Shown: positions 7,536 to 15,494 of the stretch, piece after piece
Layout of the letters: each line of letters begins with the position of its first letter
Numbering within the stretch: the stretch's first letter is position 1
Source of the DNA: a virus
Lineage: Duplodnaviria > Caudoviricetes
IMG/VR virus record: IMGVR_UViG_3300030095_001747
Span: 1-36,631 of that record
Reading direction: 5' to 3' (one strand)
DNA length: 36,631 bases
Made by a program: the position numbers and the translations under genes
The notes under the pieces: generated by a model
Told to the model about the DNA's origin: nothing
Databases searched by the model: none
Seen by the model: the letters and a program-made list of their open reading frames with translations, nothing else

Positions 7536-7795
7536 AACTCGTCCTGGTAGAAATCATTAGGCTGCACTGCACCATCTGTTGCAACCTTGATCCGGCGCAT
7601 GTATTCCTTGTTTGGATGCACAGCGCGCGCGGCCCCTGGATGATTACGATGTAAACACCAGCGATGCACAACACCAGCACCAGGCGCATCAAGTAATTCT
7701 GCCAGCTGCCGATAGGTTAAACCTCTATTCTTGCGCCATTCCTCAAGTTTCAAATCAATGTTTCCTCTACGTAACCGGATCAATACCAGGATCAA
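7532..7795 (-). CDS. Cro-like HTH regulator (true start probably a TTG near 7753)
   Basis: LEEWRKNRGLTYRQLAELL...VHRW and C-terminal I..ATDGAV.PNDF; divergent from the repressor. Confidence 0.8.
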   Translation of the reverse strand: MILVLIRLRRGNIDLKLEEWRKNRGLTYRQLAELLDAPGAGVVHRWCLHRNHPGAARAVHPNKEYMRRIKVATDGAVQPNDFYQDEL

Positions 7796-7810
7796 TATTA
7801 TTGATTTAAC

Positions 7811-7839
7811 AAATTAAGTTACATTGATAAATAAATCAA
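7811..7839 (-). promoter_or_regulatory. Putative leftward sigma70 promoter for the cro operon
   Basis: TTGATT-N17-TAATTT, overlapping the palindrome ATTGA-N8-TCAAT. Confidence 0.45.
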
Positions 7840-7866
7840 TAGTTATTGTGTATTTAATAAATATGA

Positions 7867-7895
7867 TTGACTAACTGAGTTTATTTCACTACGTT
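7867..7895 (+). promoter_or_regulatory. Putative rightward sigma70 promoter for the repressor operon
   Basis: TTGACT-N17-TACGTT. Confidence 0.55.
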
Positions 7896-7958
7896 GGTAA
7901 GTCATGTAACAATAATTGTTACGAATATTATTGATTTACACTAATAGAGGAGGTAGAC

Positions 7959-8081
7959 ATGATTGATAATAAAACGCGCATTGCACGTATTAACCTATGC
8001 CAGCGAGCTGATACAAAATACTACACGCTGGTTCTTAGAATCTTATTTGGTTTGATCCCCTCAGAACGGAGGGTCACATGA
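7959..8081 (+). CDS. 40-aa leader ORF coupled to the repressor (not in track)
   Basis: RBS GAGGAGG; MIDNKTRIARINLCQRADTKYYTLVLRILFGLIPSERRVT. Its stop overlaps the repressor start (ATGA). Confidence 0.65.
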   Translation: MIDNKTRIARINLCQRADTKYYTLVLRILFGLIPSERRVT

Positions 8082-8803
8082 ATGTAATTAATTTTTATGA
8101 CGATATGACAGAACAGCAAACAACCGGAAACCTTAAAGCACTAGCCAAACGCGCTAGCCTTAGTGGTGTGCAGATCGCAGAACAAATGGGATTGCGCCCG
8201 GAAACTGTATCGCGTCATCTAAACGGCAAACAGAACATTAGTATCGAGGATGCTATGCGTTATGCAAAGATCCTGGGATGCACAGCAGAAGAGATATTGT
8301 TTCAGCGCAGCTTATGTCCAATCATAGGCGAAATGGCGACGACCGGTATATTCACCCATTACGGACAGAACGAATCAAAAATAAACTATCTCGCTGGGCC
8401 AATTAGTTTTCAATCCTTTCACGGCGCGTACAGTTGTCCTGGATGGTTTGCCAAAAAGAAAACAGCGATAGCTGTTATTGACACACGACCAATCGATAAA
8501 CGCTACATTCACAATCAAACTGTCGGTCAAATATCTCTTAACTGCATTAAAAACTTTCAAGATGGAAAAGATGTAACTGTTTTAGGCTACCCTTTCGAAA
8601 ACAGCGACTTCAAAACATATACCATACGACGCATTATTAATATGGTTGATGCGGTGCAAGAGCGCGATCGTAAAAAGCCTGTTAAATATCCATTGCTGGA
8701 TAAAGATTTTTTACCAGACTGCGAACTTCTTTGGTCAGTGCCAGTATCCATGATGATTTACGATCCGGCAGCTATGGGTTTTGAGTGCGTAAAAGATAAT
8801 TGA
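8078..8803 (+). CDS. XRE/CI-like repressor
   Basis: HTH_3 region (LSGVQIAEQMGLRPETVSRHLNG...YAKILGC) plus a C-terminal domain; divergent from cro. Confidence 0.85.
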   Translation: MNVINFYDDMTEQQTTGNLKALAKRASLSGVQIAEQMGLRPETVSRHLNGKQNISIEDAMRYAKILGCTAEEILFQRSLCPIIGEMATTGIFTHYGQNESKINYLAGPISFQSFHGAYSCPGWFAKKKTAIAVIDTRPIDKRYIHNQTVGQISLNCIKNFQDGKDVTVLGYPFENSDFKTYTIRRIINMVDAVQERDRKKPVKYPLLDKDFLPDCELLWSVPVSMMIYDPAAMGFECVKDN

Positions 8804-8869
8804 TGCAAATCTCAATATTATTGATTTTAATTATTGACGCATAGTAACAATATTTGTTATCACTGTTAG

Positions 8870-8910
8870 ACGCGCCGTACCTCCTCCTAAAAATTAGTTT
8901 CGCGGCGCGT
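8870..8910 (+). promoter_or_regulatory. GC hairpin with an anti-SD loop at the start of the early recombination transcript
   Basis: Stem ACGCGCCG/CGGCGCGT with loop TACCTCCTCCT...; a TTGACG -35 box lies at 8834. Confidence 0.5.
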
Positions 8911-8930
8911 ACCAACAAAGAGAGATAACA

Positions 8931-9836
8931 ATGCCGCTGCCCGAACTTACACCCGACTATGCTTTGCGTTTTAACTACCATCACCATAGCAATCCAATGT
9001 CGCAGCCTCGAGGACGCAAGCTGTTTGATAAAATAATCATCCGGCCCATGCTCGATAAGCTCTGGAAAGAGGATCCGGATCGTGCCAGGCAATTAGATCC
9101 TAATCGTTCAGCATCCCCACGAATGTTAGCCGGTACGTCCACACAGAAAGCTGTTGATAGTGTGCTAAATATTGATGATGCAGAACCCATGAAACTTGAT
9201 GAAGCGCACTCCTGGGCCAAATCTAAGGGGCTAATTTTCGAGAATAGGCATTTTATCAGCGATTTCCTGGGAAATAGCGACGAAATGGAGATTGAACTCT
9301 ATAAAGAAGAAATTCCGCTGGTTATCAACCATGCACTCGAGGGATTGAAACAAGCCATGTCTAGGGAGAACCGATATGTCGGTGAAATTATTCTCCAGGA
9401 CAAGCTGCCAGGATGCGAACTGCCGCACAACACCCGGCCGGACTATGCGCGACGCGGAGATCTCAAAACAAAATGGAGCAGCGTAAAACGCAAATCATAT
9501 TTACCAAATAATTTATCCGGGCCTTTCGAGCAGAAAGCTGTATACCAAATCGCCGGCTTTTGGGCCTTGAATGGTCAGCAGCCGCCGTTCCTGGTGTACG
9601 CAAACTACAAAGATTTTAAAGTATTTGACCAGGACAACTCACCAGAGTTAAGCGACGAGAACTTAGCCAGGATCGTAAAAGAGATTGCCCGGCATCACCA
9701 GGTAACAGAGCAGCTACTTAAAAAAGCAGACAACCAGGACGATTTGTTTCGCATGGTCGACCCAGAATGGCACGACGGATTTGCCTGGACGCTGCAACCA
9801 GAACTGAAAGAACTAGCAAGGAGAGTATTTAGATGA
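8931..9836 (+). CDS. PD-(D/E)XK exonuclease-like recombination protein
   Basis: RPD..GDLKT motif, a Q..G. motif and an upstream GT..Q helix; precedes the annealing protein. Confidence 0.7.
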   Translation: MPLPELTPDYALRFNYHHHSNPMSQPRGRKLFDKIIIRPMLDKLWKEDPDRARQLDPNRSASPRMLAGTSTQKAVDSVLNIDDAEPMKLDEAHSWAKSKGLIFENRHFISDFLGNSDEMEIELYKEEIPLVINHALEGLKQAMSRENRYVGEIILQDKLPGCELPHNTRPDYARRGDLKTKWSSVKRKSYLPNNLSGPFEQKAVYQIAGFWALNGQQPPFLVYANYKDFKVFDQDNSPELSDENLARIVKEIARHHQVTEQLLKKADNQDDLFRMVDPEWHDGFAWTLQPELKELARRVFR

Positions 9837-10549
9837 AAGATCAGCTGCAAGCAGCCATGAAAGAGATCGATGCTTTAAATAAGAGTGATGGTGTCGATAT
9901 GAAAGGAAAGAAATACACGACAGTTGCCATGCGTGTAGAAGTATTTAGAAAACACTTTCCGGACTATTCTGTGAATACCAGGGTAACAGTTGACGACGGA
10001 AAGCGCGTTATTGTTGTAGCAGAAATATATCCGCCAGGAGCAGAAAGACCGATTGCCACCGGGATAGCAGAAGAGATACGCGGCAGCACAAACGTAAACA
10101 GAACGTCAGCTGTAGAGAACTGCGCCACGTCGAGCGTTGGCCGCGCTTTAGCTGTACTAGGATTACATGGCGGCGAGTTTGCCAGCGACTTTGAGATTGA
10201 TCTTGCAAAACAAAATGGCGCAACGATGGATATGAACGAGGCTATCCAGGCAGCAAAAGAGGCAGAACAAGAAGAAGATGAAGTTATGCAAGACTTGCAG
10301 CAAGCAAGCGATGACTTTCCAGATGAAGAGGCAGAGGGAACTTCTAATAAAAACGATGACATCTTTCAAAGTTTCGTTGATCGCATGGTTAAAGAATTTA
10401 AGTTCGCTAAATCTATCGGGCAGATGAACGCAGTTTTTGCAAAGGAGCAAGCAAACTACAAGCGCTTGAAAGCAGAACGTCCAGCTATGGCACTTATTAT
10501 TGCGGATGCCTATGAACAAAAGGAAAGGAAATTAGATGGAAAAAATTAA
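9833..10549 (+). CDS. Single-strand annealing protein (Rad52/Sak-like)
   Basis: KGK.Y..V..R...FR and AEE.RG..N.TSAVENC.TS.VGRALA.LG motifs; acidic linker. Confidence 0.7.
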   Translation: MKDQLQAAMKEIDALNKSDGVDMKGKKYTTVAMRVEVFRKHFPDYSVNTRVTVDDGKRVIVVAEIYPPGAERPIATGIAEEIRGSTNVNRTSAVENCATSSVGRALAVLGLHGGEFASDFEIDLAKQNGATMDMNEAIQAAKEAEQEEDEVMQDLQQASDDFPDEEAEGTSNKNDDIFQSFVDRMVKEFKFAKSIGQMNAVFAKEQANYKRLKAERPAMALIIADAYEQKERKLDGKN

Positions 10550-10937
10550 GATGGGCGGATCAAAGCCGCACTTTGGAAACAATCAGTTTAGATTAGGAGG
10601 CGGATTAAAAAAGGATCACGACTATCAATGTGCTGGCTGGTTGCAGTTTCGCACCGGCAAAGGTGAGGATGGCCGGCAGCTGCCGCAGACTAACGAGCAG
10701 CGCGCAGCTATCCAGGAGGCTTATAAAACATTGCTTGACCTAGCGCTGAAATATGGCAATGGACAGTTGCAGCTGGGGCTAAGTATTAAGGAAAAAGGAG
10801 AACCCGGCGGAGTATGGCCGGTGCTCGAGCGGCCCCTACTCTTCCTAGATGTTCCGCAAGATCTACGACAAAACTATTCCAGACCTAATTTTGGTGATGA
10901 TGATGACAGTAGTGAAACTGACCGCCCCCAATTCTAA
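10536..10937 (+). CDS. Putative ssDNA-binding protein
   Basis: Follows the SSAP; acidic tail ending in PQF. Confidence 0.55.
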   Translation: MEKIKMGGSKPHFGNNQFRLGGGLKKDHDYQCAGWLQFRTGKGEDGRQLPQTNEQRAAIQEAYKTLLDLALKYGNGQLQLGLSIKEKGEPGGVWPVLERPLLFLDVPQDLRQNYSRPNFGDDDDSSETDRPQF

Positions 10938-11115
10938 GGGATTGTATACGCTATCAGAGGCCGGCAAGCTGCTGTTTCCTGGATTATCAGAGGCAGCTGG
11001 TTATCAGCGACTCCGACGGATCCTGGCGCATGGTGACTACGAGATCCACAAGAGCGGCCGCACAACGTATCTTGCTAGCCATGTACTCCAACGATTAGGC
11101 GCACAGATTAACTAA
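10897..11115 (+). CDS. Excisionase-like winged-HTH protein
   Basis: LYTLSEAGKLL...G.TTYL pattern typical of Xis/MerR-like HTH; start position uncertain. Confidence 0.55.
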   Translation: MMMTVVKLTAPNSKGLYTLSEAGKLLFPGLSEAAGYQRLRRILAHGDYEIHKSGRTTYLASHVLQRLGAQIN

Positions 11116-11191
11116 TAAAATATACTGTGTAACACTTTCTGTTACTTTTTACTTGCAATGATTGACGCATTGAGTCAATAATATTGAGTAA

Positions 11192-12019
11192 ATGGATCAA
11201 ATGATTCGAAAATATCCCCCCCAAGACAGACAGAAAGGAGCCACAAACGGCATGAAAAGACTTGTTCACGGCACACCAATTACACCTAAACGATATTTAC
11301 ACCAGCTTAAAGGTCACAGTTTCTGCGTCAGCTACATGCACCCGGAGCAGCTAGAAGATTGCATCAACCTGGTTGGCAAAGATCAGATCTTGATCTTAGA
11401 CAACGGCGCGTTTACTGCTTGGAAAAAAGGTATCACACTTGACGCAGCTTGGTGGGATGGGTTCTACAGCTGGGCCAACGACGCGATGGATCGATGCGAC
11501 CAGGCAGTGTGTGTCATACCGGACGTGATCGGCGGCACTGAGGCAGAGAACATGGCCTTGATCGCAGACGCGATACACAACGACAAAATCAAATACCCCG
11601 AAAGAGCGATGGCCATATGGCACATGAATGAAAGTTTCGAACAGCTAGAAAAGCTGCACAGACTTTTTAACTTCGTAGGTTTCGGCAGCTGCGCCGAGGT
11701 TGACATAGCCAGAAACGGCCCGGCCAGCGCATACTTCAACAAGGTCAAACAAGCTTTCGCCCATATGGATTATTGGGATGCAAATTACGGAATAGAAAAT
11801 AGACCCTGGATCCACATGATGCGAGGTTTAGGAGTGCTGCACAAGATCGGTTTCGATAGTGCCGACAGCTGCAACATAGCAATGAACCACTGCTACAAGC
11901 GAGATAAGATGGTTCACCACGTCAAGCAGTTTGCTGACAGACTCGAGGCAAAAGTTAATCACCAGGTATTCAACGATCTTCCATTGTTCAATACCGCAAC
12001 ATTGAAAGGAGTTGCTTAA
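11192..12019 (+). CDS. TGT-fold (queuine tRNA-ribosyltransferase/DpdA-like) protein; probable start at 11252
   Basis: LDNGAF, VIPDV, WH, HMMRG and SADS motifs, similar to phage TGT-like transglycosylases. Confidence 0.6.
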   Translation: MDQMIRKYPPQDRQKGATNGMKRLVHGTPITPKRYLHQLKGHSFCVSYMHPEQLEDCINLVGKDQILILDNGAFTAWKKGITLDAAWWDGFYSWANDAMDRCDQAVCVIPDVIGGTEAENMALIADAIHNDKIKYPERAMAIWHMNESFEQLEKLHRLFNFVGFGSCAEVDIARNGPASAYFNKVKQAFAHMDYWDANYGIENRPWIHMMRGLGVLHKIGFDSADSCNIAMNHCYKRDKMVHHVKQFADRLEAKVNHQVFNDLPLFNTATLKGVA

Positions 12020-12268
12020 TTGTACGACAAAAAATTCATAAAAAAACTTGAGGCTGGAATACCAGCCTCACTCATGATGATGCGAAAAGTTATTAAGGAC
12101 AAGACCGGACATGATCCCCATGTCCTAGGTCTTATCACCCTGGCAAAACGAGAACCAGATTTGTTTCCAGCTGCTGCACACGCAGACATCAAGATTGCCA
12201 ACGAACACATCGCTAATTGCATATACGACAACCTCAGTTTCAACATCAAAAACAAGAAAGGATCTTAA
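12020..12268 (+). CDS. Hypothetical protein (82 aa)
   Basis: RBS AAGGAG before a TTG start; directly follows the previous stop. Confidence 0.65.
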   Translation: MYDKKFIKKLEAGIPASLMMMRKVIKDKTGHDPHVLGLITLAKREPDLFPAAAHADIKIANEHIANCIYDNLSFNIKNKKGS

Positions 12269-12442
12269 ATGAAATACACAATCAAACAGTTTGTAGAGTT
12301 TGCTAAGAATGAAGAGTTTGAGATAGGACAAGCTACAGAAGAACAGCTTGACCAGGTAATCGAGATAATGAACGACGAGGGATTAGCTGGTGATGATATC
12401 TTTACTTTGTGGGAAGAGATGCAAGATCCGGACAACTTCTAA
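12269..12442 (+). CDS. Small acidic protein (57 aa, not in track)
   Basis: RBS AAGGA; MKYTIKQFVEFAKNEEFEIGQATEEQLDQVIEIMNDEGLAGDDIFTLWEEMQDPDNF. Confidence 0.75.
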   Translation: MKYTIKQFVEFAKNEEFEIGQATEEQLDQVIEIMNDEGLAGDDIFTLWEEMQDPDNF

Positions 12443-12462
12443 CAAAAACCACATAGCAAACT

Positions 12463-12488
12463 AGGCCGCGCTTGCGGCCTTTTTTTTT
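12463..12488 (+). terminator. Intrinsic terminator between the accessory operon and the convergent integrase
   Basis: AGGCCGC-GCTT-GCGGCCT followed by a T run. Confidence 0.85.
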
Positions 12489-13716
12489 AGTAACGCAGCG
12501 CTGCTTGATCTTCTCTTGCAGTTTCTTCCGGATCCTCTGCGTAATCCTCTAGCCAATGGCCGTAAGTTTTTGTTGTGGTGACAGTGTTGCTATGGCCCAG
12601 GTTGTTTGACACTTTCCAGATGCCATCCTTTGTGCCGCCTTTTAAGGCCAGCTGAGCGGAGGCATAGTAATGCCTTAGTTCGTGCCAGGTAATCCGAGGA
12701 ACACCGGCTGCAACGGCTGCTTTGGCTAGCTTCTTGATGAACATCGAGGGATGTATTGTTAGACCGCGTGTGTCTTGCCAAATAAGATCCTCTTTCGGCG
12801 GCTTGCCCTGGCGCATGTATTCCTCTTGCAGCGCCTTAACAACTACCGGCGGAAACCGCAATCGCCTGGTTGACTTTACTGTTTTTGGTTCCGCAACATT
12901 TCGATATCGATCGATACCTTTGTTGACCGCGACGGATCGTAAATCAAAGTCTACGTCGCTCCAAGTCAATGCTCTTTGTTCGCCCTGGCGCAATCCTGTT
13001 TGTGCTGCAAAGAACGCAGCTAGTCGCCAGTTACATTTTGTATAACCATGCAGCTGATTGCTATTGCCGGTCGGCAGCTGCTCGAGGATCCGCTCGACAA
13101 CATCGCGTTGCACTCTGTCGATCTTATCTTTCCTGGCAGATTTTTTTCCGCCATTTTTCGGCCGCGTTTCCCGGAACATATTGTGATCGGCATATCCAGC
13201 TTTGACGCAGTACGATCCGAAATCAGTGTAGCTGGCCCAATAATTTTTTACAGTTTTATGCACTCGATTTTTCGTAGTTGCCGGTGTAATGATTGTGAAT
13301 ACAGTAGTCGGATCCCCAAAAAATTCTGCCGCAGTTTTGTCGCCAACAGTTTGATTGTTTATTTTGATGTTGAGAAGAAAGTTTATATCGCGCATTGAGT
13401 TTTCAAAACTATGCTCTCGAATAGTTCCGTTTGCCACGTCGTCAATCCTAGATTTTTTGTAGCAACAAATTTCACCAGTCGTCTTACACTTCTCGCACTC
13501 AAAAATGTTTCTGACTTTTTTTTCTGCGCGGCCGGACGAATACAATCTAAGATTGCTTGCAATCTCTTCAGCGTATTTAATAGCCTCTTGTTTTGTGTAG
13601 AAAAATTTTCTTTTGTGATTGTGTTTTCTGCCGTCAACGCACCAGGGTCTTTTACTTCGTGATGCCTTGTAATCGTACTGGCGAACAAGATTATTTACTA
13701 GCTCTGTATTTAACAT
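12487..13716 (-). CDS. int: Tyrosine integrase
   Basis: Catalytic R (TGLRQGE), K (PKT), HELRH, LGH and Y (TYGH); N-terminal arm-binding-like region. Confidence 0.95.
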   Translation of the reverse strand: MLNTELVNNLVRQYDYKASRSKRPWCVDGRKHNHKRKFFYTKQEAIKYAEEIASNLRLYSSGRAEKKVRNIFECEKCKTTGEICCYKKSRIDDVANGTIREHSFENSMRDINFLLNIKINNQTVGDKTAAEFFGDPTTVFTIITPATTKNRVHKTVKNYWASYTDFGSYCVKAGYADHNMFRETRPKNGGKKSARKDKIDRVQRDVVERILEQLPTGNSNQLHGYTKCNWRLAAFFAAQTGLRQGEQRALTWSDVDFDLRSVAVNKGIDRYRNVAEPKTVKSTRRLRFPPVVVKALQEEYMRQGKPPKEDLIWQDTRGLTIHPSMFIKKLAKAAVAAGVPRITWHELRHYYASAQLALKGGTKDGIWKVSNNLGHSNTVTTTKTYGHWLEDYAEDPEETAREDQAALRY

Positions 13717-13725
13717 TGCACCCCC

Positions 13726-13920
13726 CTATAAATATATAGAGGGGTCAGTATCGACACACTGATTGATACCGCGCCGGATCAATTCAAGCTGCGCTTGTGA
13801 CAATACTATTTTTTGATTCTTGTTTGTATGCACGATCATGCTTGTTGTATTTGTAGTCAGATCGTACAGCTGCTTTAGTTGTTGCGATTTCTCACCGCTG
13901 CTCTCAATAACTTTTTCCAT
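13726..13920 (-). CDS. Small hypothetical protein upstream of int
   Basis: RBS GGAGG before the ATG at 13920. Confidence 0.6.
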   Translation of the reverse strand: MEKVIESSGEKSQQLKQLYDLTTNTTSMIVHTNKNQKIVLSQAQLELIRRGINQCVDTDPSIYL

Positions 13921-14001
13921 ATTGAACCTCCACATTCTTTTAGGAAACTTGATTAAAATTTCATTGATAATGACTCAATGAATCAAGATTGTAAAGTAAT
14001 G

Positions 14002-14217
14002 TTTGGATAACATTTGGATAACAATTGGTTAACAAACAGCTAAGTTATTGTAATATATGGGAAATTTTGGTGCGGGTGATAGGACTTGAAAATTCTCGCC
14101 AAGCGATATTTGGTGATAATATATGATATTTAATGATAATTAATGATAATAAAAGTGATTCCAATTATCATCTGTTATCGTTTGTTATCATCTATTTTGG
14201 ATAACATTTGGATAACA
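14002..14217. mobile_element. attP site with tRNA-derived core and arm-type repeats
   Basis: Core 14068-14090 reads TTCAAGTCCTATCACCCGCACCA on the minus strand (T-arm to CCA). TTTGGATAACA occurs twice at 14002-14023 (plus a degenerate third copy) and twice at 14196-14217. GATAAT-like repeats with ~10-bp spacing lie between. Confidence 0.85.
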
Positions 14218-14754
14218 CTACACCATATCGAGGGCAGTGTCTTTGACGTGTGCGTTCCTGGTTGTCCAGCCTCGACCATAGTGTTTGAACGTGGATAATC
14301 CCTCCAAGAAATCTTGCCGCAGATCGTGCATCTCATCGATGATTTGTTTAGAATCTTTTTTCTCTACAGCTGCTAACGTCCGATCACCGATCGCCCCATC
14401 TTTGGTTGCAGATACAATTCCTTGCAGCGCTTTTGCTGCCCTGGACACACCGCTATTTACACAGAAATCAAACGTCGTCCAATCGACTCCATCCGGTAGA
14501 TCGTCACCCTTTATGCGATCCCAATACAACTCTTTATAGACCGGATACACGTCTTCTTTATTCAGCGATTTCATAATCTCTCTTGTCGCTGGTTGACCGG
14601 TAAACTGTGCGTAAACTTTCGCCGTGACTCCCCAATTAGTTGAGCCTGGATTGCCGTACCCATCAGAAGAATTTCCGCTATCCCGATTGTCCTCCTGGTA
14701 TCCGCCCTCGTTCTCGAGCAGCATCACCATGCAGCTTTCAAAATTCTTTTTCAT
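14218..14754 (-). CDS. Endolysin, glycoside hydrolase family 108 with peptidoglycan-binding domain
   Basis: EGGY, TNWGVT, FDFCVNSG and C-terminal GRGW..R motifs. Confidence 0.9.
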   Translation of the reverse strand: MKKNFESCMVMLLENEGGYQEDNRDSGNSSDGYGNPGSTNWGVTAKVYAQFTGQPATREIMKSLNKEDVYPVYKELYWDRIKGDDLPDGVDWTTFDFCVNSGVSRAAKALQGIVSATKDGAIGDRTLAAVEKKDSKQIIDEMHDLRQDFLEGLSTFKHYGRGWTTRNAHVKDTALDMV

Positions 14755-15113
14755 TTCTTCTTCCTCATGTTGATAAATTTAGCAGCGGATCTGGTTGCAA
14801 AGCTGGCGCTTACAATTACTCCTATTGTCAGCTGATACCACTCCGGCATTTCGCTTAGTGCCTGGAACCCAGCAGCTGCCACACCTCGACCCCACTCACC
14901 ACAAAATGAGAGAATTAAAGGTATAGAAAATATGATTACTAAATACTCATCTTTCCAGCTGTTTTGTGAGGCGCGCATCGCTGCAAGATCCCAATCGATC
15001 TCACCGGTTGCCTCTTTCATTTTGATTTGTGCGTTTGCTTTTTGTATTGCCGTCTTGCCCTCGATCCAACTGGATGCTAGACCGGACACTGCGGTGACGA
15101 TGCTGCCAATCAT
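14751..15113 (-). CDS. Putative holin (3TM/GTA-type)
   Basis: SWKDE motif, hydrophobic helices, basic C-terminus; adjacent to the lysin. Confidence 0.7.
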   Translation of the reverse strand: MIGSIVTAVSGLASSWIEGKTAIQKANAQIKMKEATGEIDWDLAAMRASQNSWKDEYLVIIFSIPLILSFCGEWGRGVAAAGFQALSEMPEWYQLTIGVIVSASFATRSAAKFINMRKKK

Positions 15114-15322
15114 TCGGTTTTACCTTTCGACTCTGCGTTGAGAAAAACGGCCAGGGATCCGGTCATGGCCCCTGTGACAACCGATATTAGACTCGCTTGT
15201 TGTGTGGTCATATCTGCACCAAGACTCAAGCCGTACTCAATGCAGCGAATGTAGACACATGTCATAATCAAAAGCATTACCCGGGGAACAATCTTCCAGC
15301 GATCTAAATTTTCTGGACTCAT
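15110..15322 (-). CDS. Small two-TM membrane protein (lysis cassette)
   Basis: LDRWKIVPR followed by two hydrophobic segments. Confidence 0.65.
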   Translation of the reverse strand: MSPENLDRWKIVPRVMLLIMTCVYIRCIEYGLSLGADMTTQQASLISVVTGAMTGSLAVFLNAESKGKTE

Positions 15323-15480
15323 TTACTTTTCTTTTTCCGGACATTCTTCGTAGCTGCCGACTGTGATTGCTTTGGTCTGCCCCTTTTCTTGGTTGATGTA
15401 GACGCAATAAAACTCGGCAATGCTTCTTCCGGCTGCGGTTTTCCGAACCCTCTTAACCAGGTCATAATATATGCGATCAT
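15319..15480 (-). CDS. Small basic protein (53 aa, KKRGRPK)
   Basis: RBS GGAGG before the ATG at 15480; ATGA overlap with the next gene. Confidence 0.6.
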   Translation of the reverse strand: MIAYIMTWLRGFGKPQPEEALPSFIASTSTKKRGRPKQSQSAATKNVRKKKSK

Positions 15481-15494
15481 TCTTAACCTCCGAT

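Noticed and set aside
14068-14090. A phage-encoded tRNA gene
   Set aside because: Only the 3'-terminal 23 nt are present; there is no D-arm, anticodon arm or 5' acceptor strand.
14002-14217. CRISPR array
   Set aside because: The repeats are 10-11 bp and abutting, with no unique spacers and no cas genes.
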